Shown in pieces: positions 36,265 through 48,200 of a DNA stretch of 64,000 nt; position 1 is the stretch's first letter; every line of letters starts with the position of its first letter. This DNA is from Octopus vulgaris. Its lineage: Eukaryota. The translations under genes were made by a program, and so were the position numbers. Location of the stretch: the NCBI GenBank assembly GCA_951406725.2, contig OX597816.1, positions 176,204,001-176,268,000 of the forward strand, given 5' to 3'. Below the pieces are notes generated by a model. It did not search any database. It was not told the origin of the DNA and saw nothing but the letters and a program-made list of their open reading frames with translations.

Positions 36265-38739
36265 CATGCATGGAAAAGTGGACATTAAATGATGATGATA
36301 TATACATATATCTCATAATCATTTTCACGTCCATTTTCCATGCGTGCATGGATTTGGTAGATTTCTTATGCTGTGTGCCCTTCTTGTTGTCAGCCCTCAC
36401 CTTCTCCCAAGTAAAGTAATATTTCTGCATGGCCAGGTGGGTTTTCACAGAATGTTAGAAACAAAGGACACTGCTAGCATGACGATAGCACTTATTTACA
36501 ACTATCGTGTGATATCAATGCATATACATTTATTTATATATACATGGGAAGAGCTTCTTTCAGTTTCTGTCTACCAAATCCACTCACAGGCTTTGGTTGG
36601 CCTGGGGTGACAGAAAACACTTGCCCAAGGTACTGAGCAATGGAACTGAACCTGAAACCATATAGTTGAGAAGTAAGCTTCTTACCACACAGCCATGCTT
36701 TCACTTATGTGTGTGTATATATATATATATATATATCTTATTGTTACTAATTGTGACTGAGGGCGCTGAAGCACCTTCATTGTGGAATAAGAGTTAAAAA
36801 CACTTGATCCGGTAAGAAGCATGCAATATATATATATATATGTGGAGGCGCAATGCCCCAGTGGTTAGGGCAGCGGACTCGCGGTCGTAGGATTGCGGTT
36901 TCGATCCCAGACCGAGCGTTGTGTGTTAATTGAGCAAAAGCACCTAAAAGCTCCACGACGCTCCAGCAGGGGGTGGTGATCCCTGCTGTACTCTTTCACC
37001 ACTCTTTCTTCTGTTGGCCTGCTCGCTTGGCCAGCGGGGTGGCGTCATTCGAAGGCTAAAACAATGCGAACGCATTGTGACCAGCGATGTGTAACTACAT
37101 CTGATGGACTGGTCGGTCACGTGATTACGTGATAAACAATAATAATAAATAGTAATAATGTGTTCTGAATGGCACAACAATGCACTAAAATAACTGTTAT
37201 GATTTAATCATCCATAGTCTGATATAATATTTTGGAATATAAAAGTTCCTTCTTCAGATATCCCTAGGGATTGATCGAGTCACATAATTGATTTTCTAAC
37301 AGCTTTTTTCTTTTTTCCCCTTTCTTCCTTCTTCCATTTTTCCTTTTTTTTTTTTTTTTGTCCCCCGGAAGTGTCTCCTCTGCACTGGTTTTATGAAACT
37401 CCTTCCGGAATTCCTCATGAGAAGTGCATGAGGCGGCCGTGTTTCAGGCTCATGTGTGCCGGCACATCCATAGCGCTGCTTCTAAGTTATGTATTATACA
37501 TGAAGTTTCCTTTTTTCCTTCCTTTTCTCTTTCCTTTTTTTTTATGAATAATACATGAGCATGTCATAAAAAAAAAACCTACATGCATCCAAATGTAGCT
37601 AGAGAATATATTGACTGCTAAGCTCCAGCCTGTTGTTGATTTGGGGCCCTAGTCTGTCTATGAGAATAGCTTCCTTAATTCTTAAATTACCCAAGTTTCT
37701 TTCATTGTCCTCAATTGTGACAGTTATGCTTTTGACAAAAGCATAACAGTAATTCCAAGCGATGGAACCATGTTGTTGGTAAGCAAGCTACTTACTAGTA
37801 TATATATTTTTACCATAAAAATTTATGAGAGTTAGCAAAATGCTAATACATATATTAAAAATTAATATAAACAGCTAGGCACAATATAATATCACAATGG
37901 AAACGTTTTATTGTTACTATTGCGACTGACAATGCTAAAGACCTGTATTGCAATAAATAAGAGTTAAAAACTCTGGATGTTGTAAAAAGCATGCAAAGTA
38001 TATAGACTGATGGGAGATGACCACTCTATGAGTGTCTGTAGGATCACTAGACTGGACTAGTTTCTCCTATCAGCCATAGGTTCATCAGTGGTGACTACTC
38101 AATTGCTTGATGGTTTGGCTAAAGCTGACTGTTATCTCTCCTGTTTATATATTGTGTGCTTCTTTCTGTATTGAGAGTTTTTAACTCCTATTTCTTGCAA
38201 TATAGGTATTTCAGCAACCCTCATTCACAATTAGTGATGATAAAATGTTTCCTTTATGGTTTTATATTGCACCTAGCTGTTTATATTAATTTTACACACA
38301 CACATCATCATCATCATCATCATCATCATTTAGCGTCCGCTTTCCATGCTAGCATGGGTTGGATGGTTCAACTGGGGTTTGGGGAGCCCGAAGGCTGCAC
38401 CAGGCCAGTCAGATCTGGCAGTGTTTCTACAGCTGGATGCCCTTCCTAACGCCAACCACTCCGTGAGGGTAGTGGGTGCTTTTTATGTGCCACCGACACA
38501 GGTGCCAGACGAGGCTGGCGAATGGCCAGGCTCGGATGGTGTTTTTTATGTGCCACCGACACAGGTGCCAGACGAGGCTGGCAAACGGCCACGCTCGGAT
38601 GGTGTTTTTTATGTGCCACCGACACAGGTGCCAGACGAGGCTGGCAAACGGCCACGCTCGGACGGTGTTTGTTACGTGCCACCGGCACGGAGGCCAGGCG
38701 AGGCTGGCACGGCCATGATCGATATAATATATATATATA

Positions 38740-39491
38740 TTGGGTCATCCCATAATAATGCAGTTTTTTCAATTGCATGAACTAAAAGTTAACTTGCTAT
38801 AAAAGCTGGTAGTAATTTTACCATGTCCTTATGCTTAGTGCAAGTTTTGAAGAGTGCAGTTCGATTTTAACAGTTATTTTTTCAAAGCTATAATGGAAGT
38901 GACAAAGGAGCATATTTTGCTTTATGAGTTCAATGAAAGCAACAACACAATGGAAAGTGCAAGGAATATTAATGCAGTATCTGGGTATCAGGCAATAAGC
39001 GTAAGCCAGTGTCAATGGTGGTTCCAGAAATTTTGAGCTTGAAACTACAACCTAGAACATGAGCCTTGTACTGGAAAATCTGTAGAGCTTGGCTAGGATG
39101 TCCTGAAAACCCTGGTGGAACAAAATCCATCATAACTGTTGAGGAATTGGCAGAGAGGCTTCGATTTGGTCATTTATCCATTCATCAACATCTGTGTGCC
39201 TTCAGATAAGTCGGCAAATTAGGTCAATGGGTTCCTCACAAACTTTCTATGTCTAATCAAAATCATTGGGACAGAAAAAATACGAATTCTGTAGACAAGG
39301 TCTGGAGGAGTATTTTTCATTGTAGACAACTGGATTTTGGAAGAGGGGGGGCCTTGCAAGTCTACCAGATAGATGGAAGAGCTTTGTAGAAAATGAAGGA
39401 AAGTATATTTTAGATTAAAAAAGAACTTTATCTTAGTTTTGAAGAATAAAAGAAGTATAAAAAAAACTGTATTACTTATGGGATAACCCAA
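38740..39491 (+). mobile_element. internally deleted mariner element
   Basis: TA-flanked TIRs TTGGGTCATCCCATAA / TTATGGGATAACCCAA. The remnant reads MEVTKEHILLYEFN...CQWWFQKF...KLGQWVPHKL. Confidence 0.85.
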
Positions 39492-40654
39492 TATATCATC
39501 ATCATTTAATGTCCCTTGTCCATGTTGGCATGGGTTGGACAGTTTGACTGGGCTGGCACACTGGAAGGCTGCACCAGACTCCAGTCTGATTTGGCTGGAT
39601 GCCCTTCCTAACGCCAACCACTCTGAGAGTGTAATGGGTGCTTCTACGTGCCACCGGTGCAGGTGCTATTTGCATGACACCGGGGTGCTTATATATATAT
39701 ATCATCATCATTTAACTTCCATCTTCCATGTATATATGAGTAGAGTGGTTCACAGGAGCTGGCCAGGTAGAAAAACTACCTTGTGCAACTGGATGCCCTT
39801 CCTAACACCAGCCACTCTGCAGAGTGAACTCAGTGGTTTTTATGTGGCACCAGCACAGGCAAGGTTACTTTTGGCATGATTTTTACAGCTGGATGCCCTT
39901 CCAAATGTCAACCGCTTTACAGTGTGGACTGGATGCTTTTTATGTGGCACCAGCAGTGTCAAGATCTCCATGTAACTCGCAAGATAAGGAATTGAGAGGC
40001 AGGGGCATTTGAGGAGGGAAACTTGTGTCAGATAATGAAAGGGAAAGAGGGGCAGAAACGAGTGTCTTGCTATAACAGAGGGGGTATTGATGAAAGGTTA
40101 GAGTGTGACAGAAAATTAGAGAGGCAGAAATAGGTATGCAGTTGTAGAGGAGGTACATGGCTACTCAGCCAGAGGGAAGAGAGATAGTAGGAACCCACAA
40201 AACTGTAAGAGAGAGATGGTGAAGTGCCAGGGTATACTCACAAGTAATAAGATCAGAGCATAGATGTGATGGTAAAGAAAAGAGGGGTATGAAGGTCGTA
40301 ATATATGCAGTCAGGTATTACCAAGAAGGTGCAAGTAGGGAGTGGGGATTGCAGTGACTAGTGAAAACCTGGGTAGAGGGCAGGAATAACCTGATTAACT
40401 ATGCAAGTGACTAGGCTGTATCCCACACTACCTGATATTTTAATCATCTCAGTAGTGATACCTGAAGGTCCAGGGACTTTCCTAGTCTTCATTTTCTTAA
40501 TTGCCTTATCTATTGTGCTGCTGTCAACTCTGGAGGTTGGTCCCTCAATTGGTTCAATATTTGAAAGACTCTCCTTCTCCCAATCATTCTTCACATTTAG
40601 CAACCTTTCATAATGGCATCTCCATGCATCTTTCTTCTCTGAGTCACTAAGCAC

Positions 40655-40975
40655 CATTGTTGGCATCCTTTTTGTCTCGGGAGACAATGGAGTTGCGCAT
40701 AAAATAGTCCAGTCCGGCTTTTACATTTCATGTCCTGATACACTTCCTGCTGTGGCTGTGTAGTCCTATCCTGGACAAACACTCCCTCTGGCAGGTACCG
40801 CAAATGTAGCGAAGACTGTTCCTGGCTGGTTGTAATGCCATAGTTTCTTGTTGACGTCTTTTCTTGTCTTTCCATTTCTCCTCTCTCTCTCTGTCACTCC
40901 TTTGTATTCCCTCTCTTACGGTACGTCGCCAGTCTCCACGGTTGCCGGCAACTGCCTCCCAACCGCTAATATTAT
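40655..40975 (-). mobile_element. second BovB-like RTE 3' fragment nested in another RTE
   Basis: WEAVAGNRGDWRRTV...YICGTCQRECLSRIGLHSHSRKC, fused in frame to host-RTE sequence (ORF 40728-41054). Confidence 0.8.
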
Positions 40976-43842
40976 CAATATTATCCATTTGCACACATTT
41001 CTCACCCACCACATCTCTATTCTCTCTGATACACTGCTTTGCAATCTTGAACACCTCATGCTTCTGATCCTCACACTGTAGAACATTGGTTAACTTTTAA
41101 CCTTCCACTTTTCCTTTTGCTATGTAAACCTATTGCCTAGCCTCCCTCTGGCTCCCTGTTATAATGCTCTGCTTCCACCATTTTCCCAGTCCTTCCAGGC
41201 CTGTCTCTTTGCTTTTATATCACTGTCCACCTCCTTGTTCCACCACCACTTCACCTATCATCATCATCATTTAATGTCTATAGTCCATGCCAGCATGGGT
41301 TGGACAGTTTGACCAGGACTGGTAAGCTAACAGGCTTCACTAGACTCTAGTCCAATTTGACGTGGTTTCTACAACTGGATGCCCTTCATAACGCCAAACA
41401 CTCCGAGACTGTAATTAGTGCTTTAATGTGCCAGTTGCATGAGACCAGTATCTACCACAACTACAATTTCACTTGGCTCAATTGGTCTTATTCTCAAGCA
41501 CAGCATATTGCCAAAGGTCTTGGTCATTTGTCATTGCCTCCATGAGGTCCACCATTTAAAAGGTGCTTCTTATGTGCTGCAAGCACAGGTGCTAGTTATG
41601 TGACACCAACATTGACCGCATTGCCGCTGTGATGCCCAACGCTCAAAAGAGACCAGTGGCTTGTCAGGACTTCTCAAACATGGCATATCATCAAAGGTCT
41701 CAATCACTAGTCATTACCTCTGTGAGGCCCAATGTTCGAAGATCATGCTTCATCACCTCGTCCCATGTCTTCCTAGGTCTCCCTCTTCCACAGCTTCCTT
41801 CCAATGGTATAGATTTTGTCTCTCTTGTACATTACATTTGATGCCTCTTATGCCCAGTTTTTCTCTCAAGATATTTACACTCTGTTGTAAATGCACACTA
41901 AGTGGCTGTGTGGTAAGTAGCTTGCTAACCAACCACATGGTAACGGGTTCAGTCCCACTGCGTGGCATCTTGGGCAAGTGTCTTCTGCTATAGCCCCGGG
42001 CCGACCAATGCCTTGTGAGTGGATTTAGTAGACGGAAACTGAAAGGAGCCCGTCGTATATATGTATATATATATATGTGTGTGTATATGTGTTTGTGTGT
42101 CTGTGTTTGTCCCCCTAGCATTGCTCGACAACCAATGCTGGTGTGTTTACGTCCCCATCACTTAGCGGTTCAGTAAAAGAGACCGATAGAATAAGTACTG
42201 GGCTTACAAAGAATAAGTCCTGGGGTCGATTTGCTCGACTAAAGGTGGTGCTCCAGCATGGCCGCAGTCAAATGACTGAAACAAGTAAAAGAGTAAAGGA
42301 GTAAAGAGTAACATTATACATCCAGATAAGCAAATCAGCTTCGTTTCTTTCAAGCCTTCACATCTCCTCTGCAGTCACAGCCCATGTTTTATTGCTGTGT
42401 AGCATGGTTGTTCGCACACAGGTACGATACAATCTGACTTTCACTCTGAGGGAGAGGCATCCACCACCACCACTACTGACTTGGTCACCTAGGTAATGGA
42501 AGTTATCAACTGCTTCTAGTTTTTCCTCCTTGCATTTGATGGAGTCTATCTTCTGCACATTTTTAGTTTTAATTGTATCTGCACCATCCACACACAAGAA
42601 CTAGTTACCTTGCTAACCTTCCTCTGATATTGTTGTACCTCTTATGTGTCCATAGCTTACACTGGGTACATCTTATGGAATTTCTACTTACACCTTTCCT
42701 ACAGATTGAGTAGGGCCATCTACCTGAGGGGTTTGTGATTTGTCTGCTTTCCTACTTACTAGGACTTTGGTTTTTGCTAGGTTAACTCTAAGGCCCTTTG
42801 ATTCTAGACTTTGCTTCCATATCTGAAACTTCTCTAGTTCTGGTAATGATTCAGCTATAAGAACAAGGTCTCAGCATAGAGGAGCTCCCAGGGGTAGCCC
42901 GTCTTAAATTCCTGTCATTACTTGGAGGACTATGAGGAACAAGACGAGAATGCAGACTGTTCATTGGTGAACCCCTACTTGTACTCTGGATTCTTTGCCA
43001 ACCCTCACCTTACTGACAGTATCCTTGTACATGGTTTGTTCAGCTCTCACCATCCACTGATCTATCCCTAGTTTCCACACTGACCTCCAGGTAAGGGAGC
43101 TGGAGAACTGTCAAAGGCTTTCCCCATGTCAACATTATGTACGACTCCTTTGTGTACCACCTGGTTAACTATATGGGTGACTAGGCCATAACATACACCA
43201 CCATATATTCTAAGCATCTCAGCAGTGATTCCTGTTGGGCTAGGGACTTTTCCTACCTCCATATCCTTAATTGCTTTATCTACCAAGGTACTGTCAATTC
43301 AGTTAGCTGGTCCCTCAGTTGGGTCAACATTTGGCAGACTCTCCCTCTCCCATTCATTCTCTTCATTTAGCAGCCTTTCATAATGGCATTTCCAAGCCCC
43401 TTTCCTTGCAGAATTATTAAATGCAAGTGAACCATCATCCATGCAGACACATTTCTCTCCTACCACATCACAATTTTCTCTCGCACACTGTCTTGTAATC
43501 CAAAGCACTTCAAGTCTCTGGTCTTCACATCACAGAGCAGTGGCAATCTTTTTTTCTACTACTTCCCTGACTAAATACACCTGCCTCCTAGTTTCCCTTC
43601 TGGCTGTCTAATACAATTCCATGCTACTTCCAGTCCTTCCAGACTTGTTTCTTTGCCCTAATGGCCTTGTCTACAGCATCATTCCACCACCACATCACCT
43701 TTAGTCTAGATGGGACTTTACACCATTCACAGATTTGGTCTGTGGCACTTAGCAAGCTGTCCCGTAGGAATTCTCAGTTGCCCTCTATGTTACAAGTCTG
43801 TAGTGTCTCCTCCTCCTTATCAAATTTATTAACTTGGATATC

Positions 43843-44265
43843 CCTAATTATTACACACATGTGAGTGAGAACACTTTGAGATATTTTTGGTATCTAACAT
43901 ATGTCAGATACTGCGAGTGCTGCTTCTGATTGGTCAATCCATGGTGATGACCCGAGGTCACGGTGACAGCGCTGCTTCTGATTGGTCAATCCATGGTGAT
44001 GACCTGAGGTCACGGTGACGGCACTACTTTTGTCATTCATAAGTTACAACTAAACATGAAGAATTTAGTTATTGGGTTAATAAAATATGGTCGTTTATTC
44101 GTGTGTAATAAATAAAATACCAAACTCATTCCCTATGGATACTGTATTTATTACAACGAGTGGCTTGTAAACGTATCTAACAAGCGAAAGTGAGTTAGAT
44201 ACGTTTACAAGCCACTCGTTGTAATAAATACGGTATCCATAGGGAACTCATTTGGTATTCTCTAT
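43843..44265. mobile_element. non-coding DNA-type element with long internal hairpin, inserted in an RTE copy
   Basis: TTATTACACAC / GTGTGTAATAA inverted pair, a 2 x 52-bp tandem (43919-44022), and 53-bp inverted arms 44129-44181 / 44194-44246. Confidence 0.65.
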
Positions 44266-44797
44266 ATCTCTGATGACCATATAGAGGATCCCTAAGCTTC
44301 TAGATCGGTCTTTTTTGTGGTACCCTTCTGGCCTGAGGTCTAATGTTATTTACGACTAGTCTATGCTGCAGGGTACATTCTTCACCAGAGAAGATCTTTG
44401 CATTTATGAGCAACCATGTATCTCACTGTCTGGTGAGAATGCAATCGATCTGGCTAGTGTGGTCATCTGATTGATAGGTAATCAGGTGGCTGTCTAGCTT
44501 CTTCAAGTTGGTATTGCAAATCGATAGGTTATTCACATCACAAAACTCCAGTAGCCTTGTCTTCTCTTCATTTCGAGAACCTATTCCATGGCCCCCATGT
44601 GCACTATGGAACATACCTGGCTGCTGCCCAACATGTCTTCTGAAATCACCAGCCACGAAGATGAGATCATTGTTATTCCTCTTTGAGATAGCCTGCGGAA
44701 GGATATCATAAAAGCAGTCCTTTTGTTCATTTGATAGATCCGCTTGCAGGGGCATAAGCAGAGATAATTGTCGCTGTTCTATTTTGCAAAACTAATC

Positions 44798-44833
<36 letters not shown>

Positions 44834-44857
44834 CTGTACATCACATCCAAACCTTCT

Positions 44858-44909
<52 letters not shown>

Positions 44910-44924
44910 GTGTGTGTGTGTATA

Positions 44925-45204
44925 CTAGCGGTATTGCCCGGCATTGCTGAGGTTTGTTTTGACACATTTTTCTGTTTGAAATACGCCGAAAAATGGCGAC
45001 ACAGCAGTCAAAAAATTGTAAAAAATAAGGATTTTCATAGAAAAAAAGCACCTTTTTGATGTAAATAAGTTTTGGTGTTAATATGGTCCAATTCTATCAT
45101 ATCCTCAATTTTGGTCAACTTACGCTGCAGGGTCTTGAAGGAGATTATGTTAGTTGAAGGCTACCAAACCTGCCACATATAGACAACTTAAGTTTTATAT
45201 ATAT
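44925..45204 (-). mobile_element. non-autonomous Helitron-like element
   Basis: The minus strand starts TATATATAAAACTTAAGTTGTCT and ends with a GC hairpin remnant plus ...ATACCGCTAG. Confidence 0.6.
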
Positions 45205-48200
45205 ACTGAAGGTGACCAGCTCTACGCGCGGGTAAGAGTGTGGTTGTTACTTTCTGTTGCTTCCTTTCAGCACGTAAAAAGCACCATCCGAACGTGGCCG
45301 ATTGCAGCGCCACCTTGACTGGCTTCTGTGCCGGTGGCACATAAAAAGCGCCAACCGATCATTGCCGCTGCCAGCCCCCCTGGCACCTGTGTCGGCGGCA
45401 CAAAAAAAGCACCCACTATACTCACAGAGTGGTTGGTGTTAGGAAGGGCATCCACCTGTAGAAACACTGCCAGATCAGACTGGAGCCTGGTGCAGCCTCC
45501 TGGCTTCCCAGATCCCGGTCAAACTGTCCAACCCGTGCTAGCACGGAAAACGGACGTTAAACGATGATGATGATGATTCTCCCTCTTTGTTTCTCTCTCC
45601 TTTCTCTCTCACTTTTCCCACTCTCTTACTCTTCCTTTCTCTCGGACTCTCCCTCGCTTTCTCTTACTCTCTATCTTTATCTATCTCTCTCCCATTTATA
45701 AACAACAAAAGATCTTGAGTAAGTTGAGAAATAAAATATTTAGAAAGATCAATCATAAATATCAGGCAGTAACAACGGAAAGGTCTGCTTCAAGGCAGAC
45801 AGCAAAACACTAACATTTAAAAGGGACAGACGAACTTGCGAGCTGAATGAAAATAATAAAATATTAGAAACCAAAGTTTGAAGGGATAGAATTTGAGGAT
45901 AGTAGAGTCACCATGGCTGGCATTTCTTAACGACGGACAGCAACGTATTGACAGTTCAACGGCTGGCGTAAAATTTTGAACTTGATGTAAAAGAAAATCC
46001 CTAAAAACCAAGTTTTGAATCGATTCTTTCTCATGACAGTAGACTCACCATGGCAAGCATTCAAAACTTCTTCATCATGGACGGCAACACATTGACGATT
46101 AAAAGGCTGGCACAAATTTTTTAGCTTGATGTAACAGAGAATTGCTAAACACCCGCTCCTTTAAATTTTAATCCCCTTCCAGCCCCATTTAGACCCCTTT
46201 TCACATTTTGGTTAATATAACCCGATTTCATTTGGGTCTACTGGGGCCACATTTTATAAGATGAGGACTCAACCAAGTTTCCCGAGTTCTGGTCATAGAC
46301 CATAGAACACTCAACCAAGTTTCCCGAGTTCTGGTCATAGACCATAGAACAGTCAAGCAAGTTTCCCGAGTTCTAGTCATAGACCATAGAACACTCAACC
46401 AAGTTTCCCAAGCTCTGGTCATAGACCATAGAACACTCAACCAAGTTTCCTGAGTTCTAGTCATAGACCATAGAACACTCAACCAAGTTTCCCGAGTTCT
46501 GGTCATAGACCATAGAACACTCAACCAAGTTTCCCAAGCTCTGGTCATAGACCATAGAACACTCAACCAAGTTTCCTGAGTTCTGGTCATAGACCATAGA
46601 ACACTCAACCAAGTTTCCTGAGTTCTGGTTATAGACCATAGAACACTCAACCAAGTTTCCCGAGTTCTGGTCATAGACCATAGAACACTCAACCAAGTTT
46701 CCCGAGTTCTGGTCATAGACCATAGAACACTCAACCAAGTTTCCTGAGTTCTGGTTATAGACCATAGAACACTCAACCAAGTTTCCTGAGTTCTGGTCAT
46801 AGACCATAGAACACTCAACCAAGTTTCCTGAGTTCTGGTTATAGACCATAGAACACTCAACCAAGTTTCCCGAGTTCTGGTCATAGACCATAGAACACTC
46901 AACCAAGTTTCCCGAGTTCTGGTCATAGACCATAGAACACTCAACCAAGTTTCCTGAGTTCTGGTTATAGACCATAGAACACTCAACCAAGTTTCCTGAG
47001 TTCTGGTTATAGACCATAGAACACTCAACCAAGTTTCCCGAGTTCTGGTCATAGACCATAGAACACTCAACCAAGTTTCCCAAGCTCTGGTCATAGACCA
47101 TAGAACACTCAACCAAGTTTCCTGAGTTCTGGTCATAGACCATAGAACACTCAACCAAGTTTCCTGAGTTCTGGTTATAGACCATAGAACACTCAACCAA
47201 GTTTCCCGAGTTCTGGTCATAGACCATAGAACACTCAACCAAGTTTCCCGAGTTCTGGTCATAGACCATAGAACACTCAACCAAGTTTCCTGAGTTCTGG
47301 TTATAGACCATAGAACACTCAACCAAGTTTCCTGAGTTCTGGTTATAGACCATAGAACACTCAACCAAGTTTCCCGAGTTCTGGTCATAGACCATAGAAC
47401 ACTCAACCAAGTTTCCCAAGCTCTGGTCATAGACCATAGAACACTCAACCAAGTTTCCTGAGTTCTGGTCATAGACCATAGAACACTCAACCAAGTTTCC
47501 TGAGTTCTGGTCATAGACCATAGAACACTCAACCAAGTTTCCCGAGTTCTGGTCATAGACCATAGAACACTCAACCAAGTTTCCCGAGTTCTGGTCATAG
47601 ACCATAGAACACTCAACCAAGTTTCCCGAGTTCTGGTCATAGACCATAGAACACTCAACCAAGTTTCCTGAGTTCTGGTCATAGACCATAGAACACTCAA
47701 CCAAGTTTCCCGAGTTCTGGTCATAGACCATAGAACACTCAACCAAGTTTCCCGAGTTCTGGTCATAGACCATAGAACACTCAACCAAGTTTCCCGAGTT
47801 CTGGTCATAGACCATAGAACACTCAACCAAGTTTCCCAAGCTCTGGTCATAGACCATAGAACACTCAACCAAGTTTCCTGAGTTCTGGTCATAGACCATA
47901 GAACACTCAACCAAGTTTCCTGAGTTCTGGTTATAGACCATAGAACACTCAACCAAGTTTCCCGAGTTCTGGTCATAGACCATAGAACACTCAACCAAGT
48001 TTCCCGAGTTCTGGTCATAGACCATAGAACACTCAACCAAGTTTCTGAGTTCTGGTTATAGACCATAGAACACTCAACCAAGTTTCCTGAGTTCTGGTTA
48101 TAGACCATAGAACACTCAACCAAGTTTCCCAAGCTCTGGTCATAGACCATAGAACACTCAACCAAGTTTCCTGAGTTCTGGTTATAGACCATAGAACACT

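Larger units (their letters stand above)
39495..44800 (-). mobile_element. nest of decayed RTE LINE copies with nested SINE, RTE tails and a DNA-type element
   Basis: Remnant ORFs 44423-44755 (AGDFRRHVG), 43299-43508, 43068-43286, 42358-42597 and 40358-40687 are all homologous to the 25-28 kb RTE. Confidence 0.8.
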
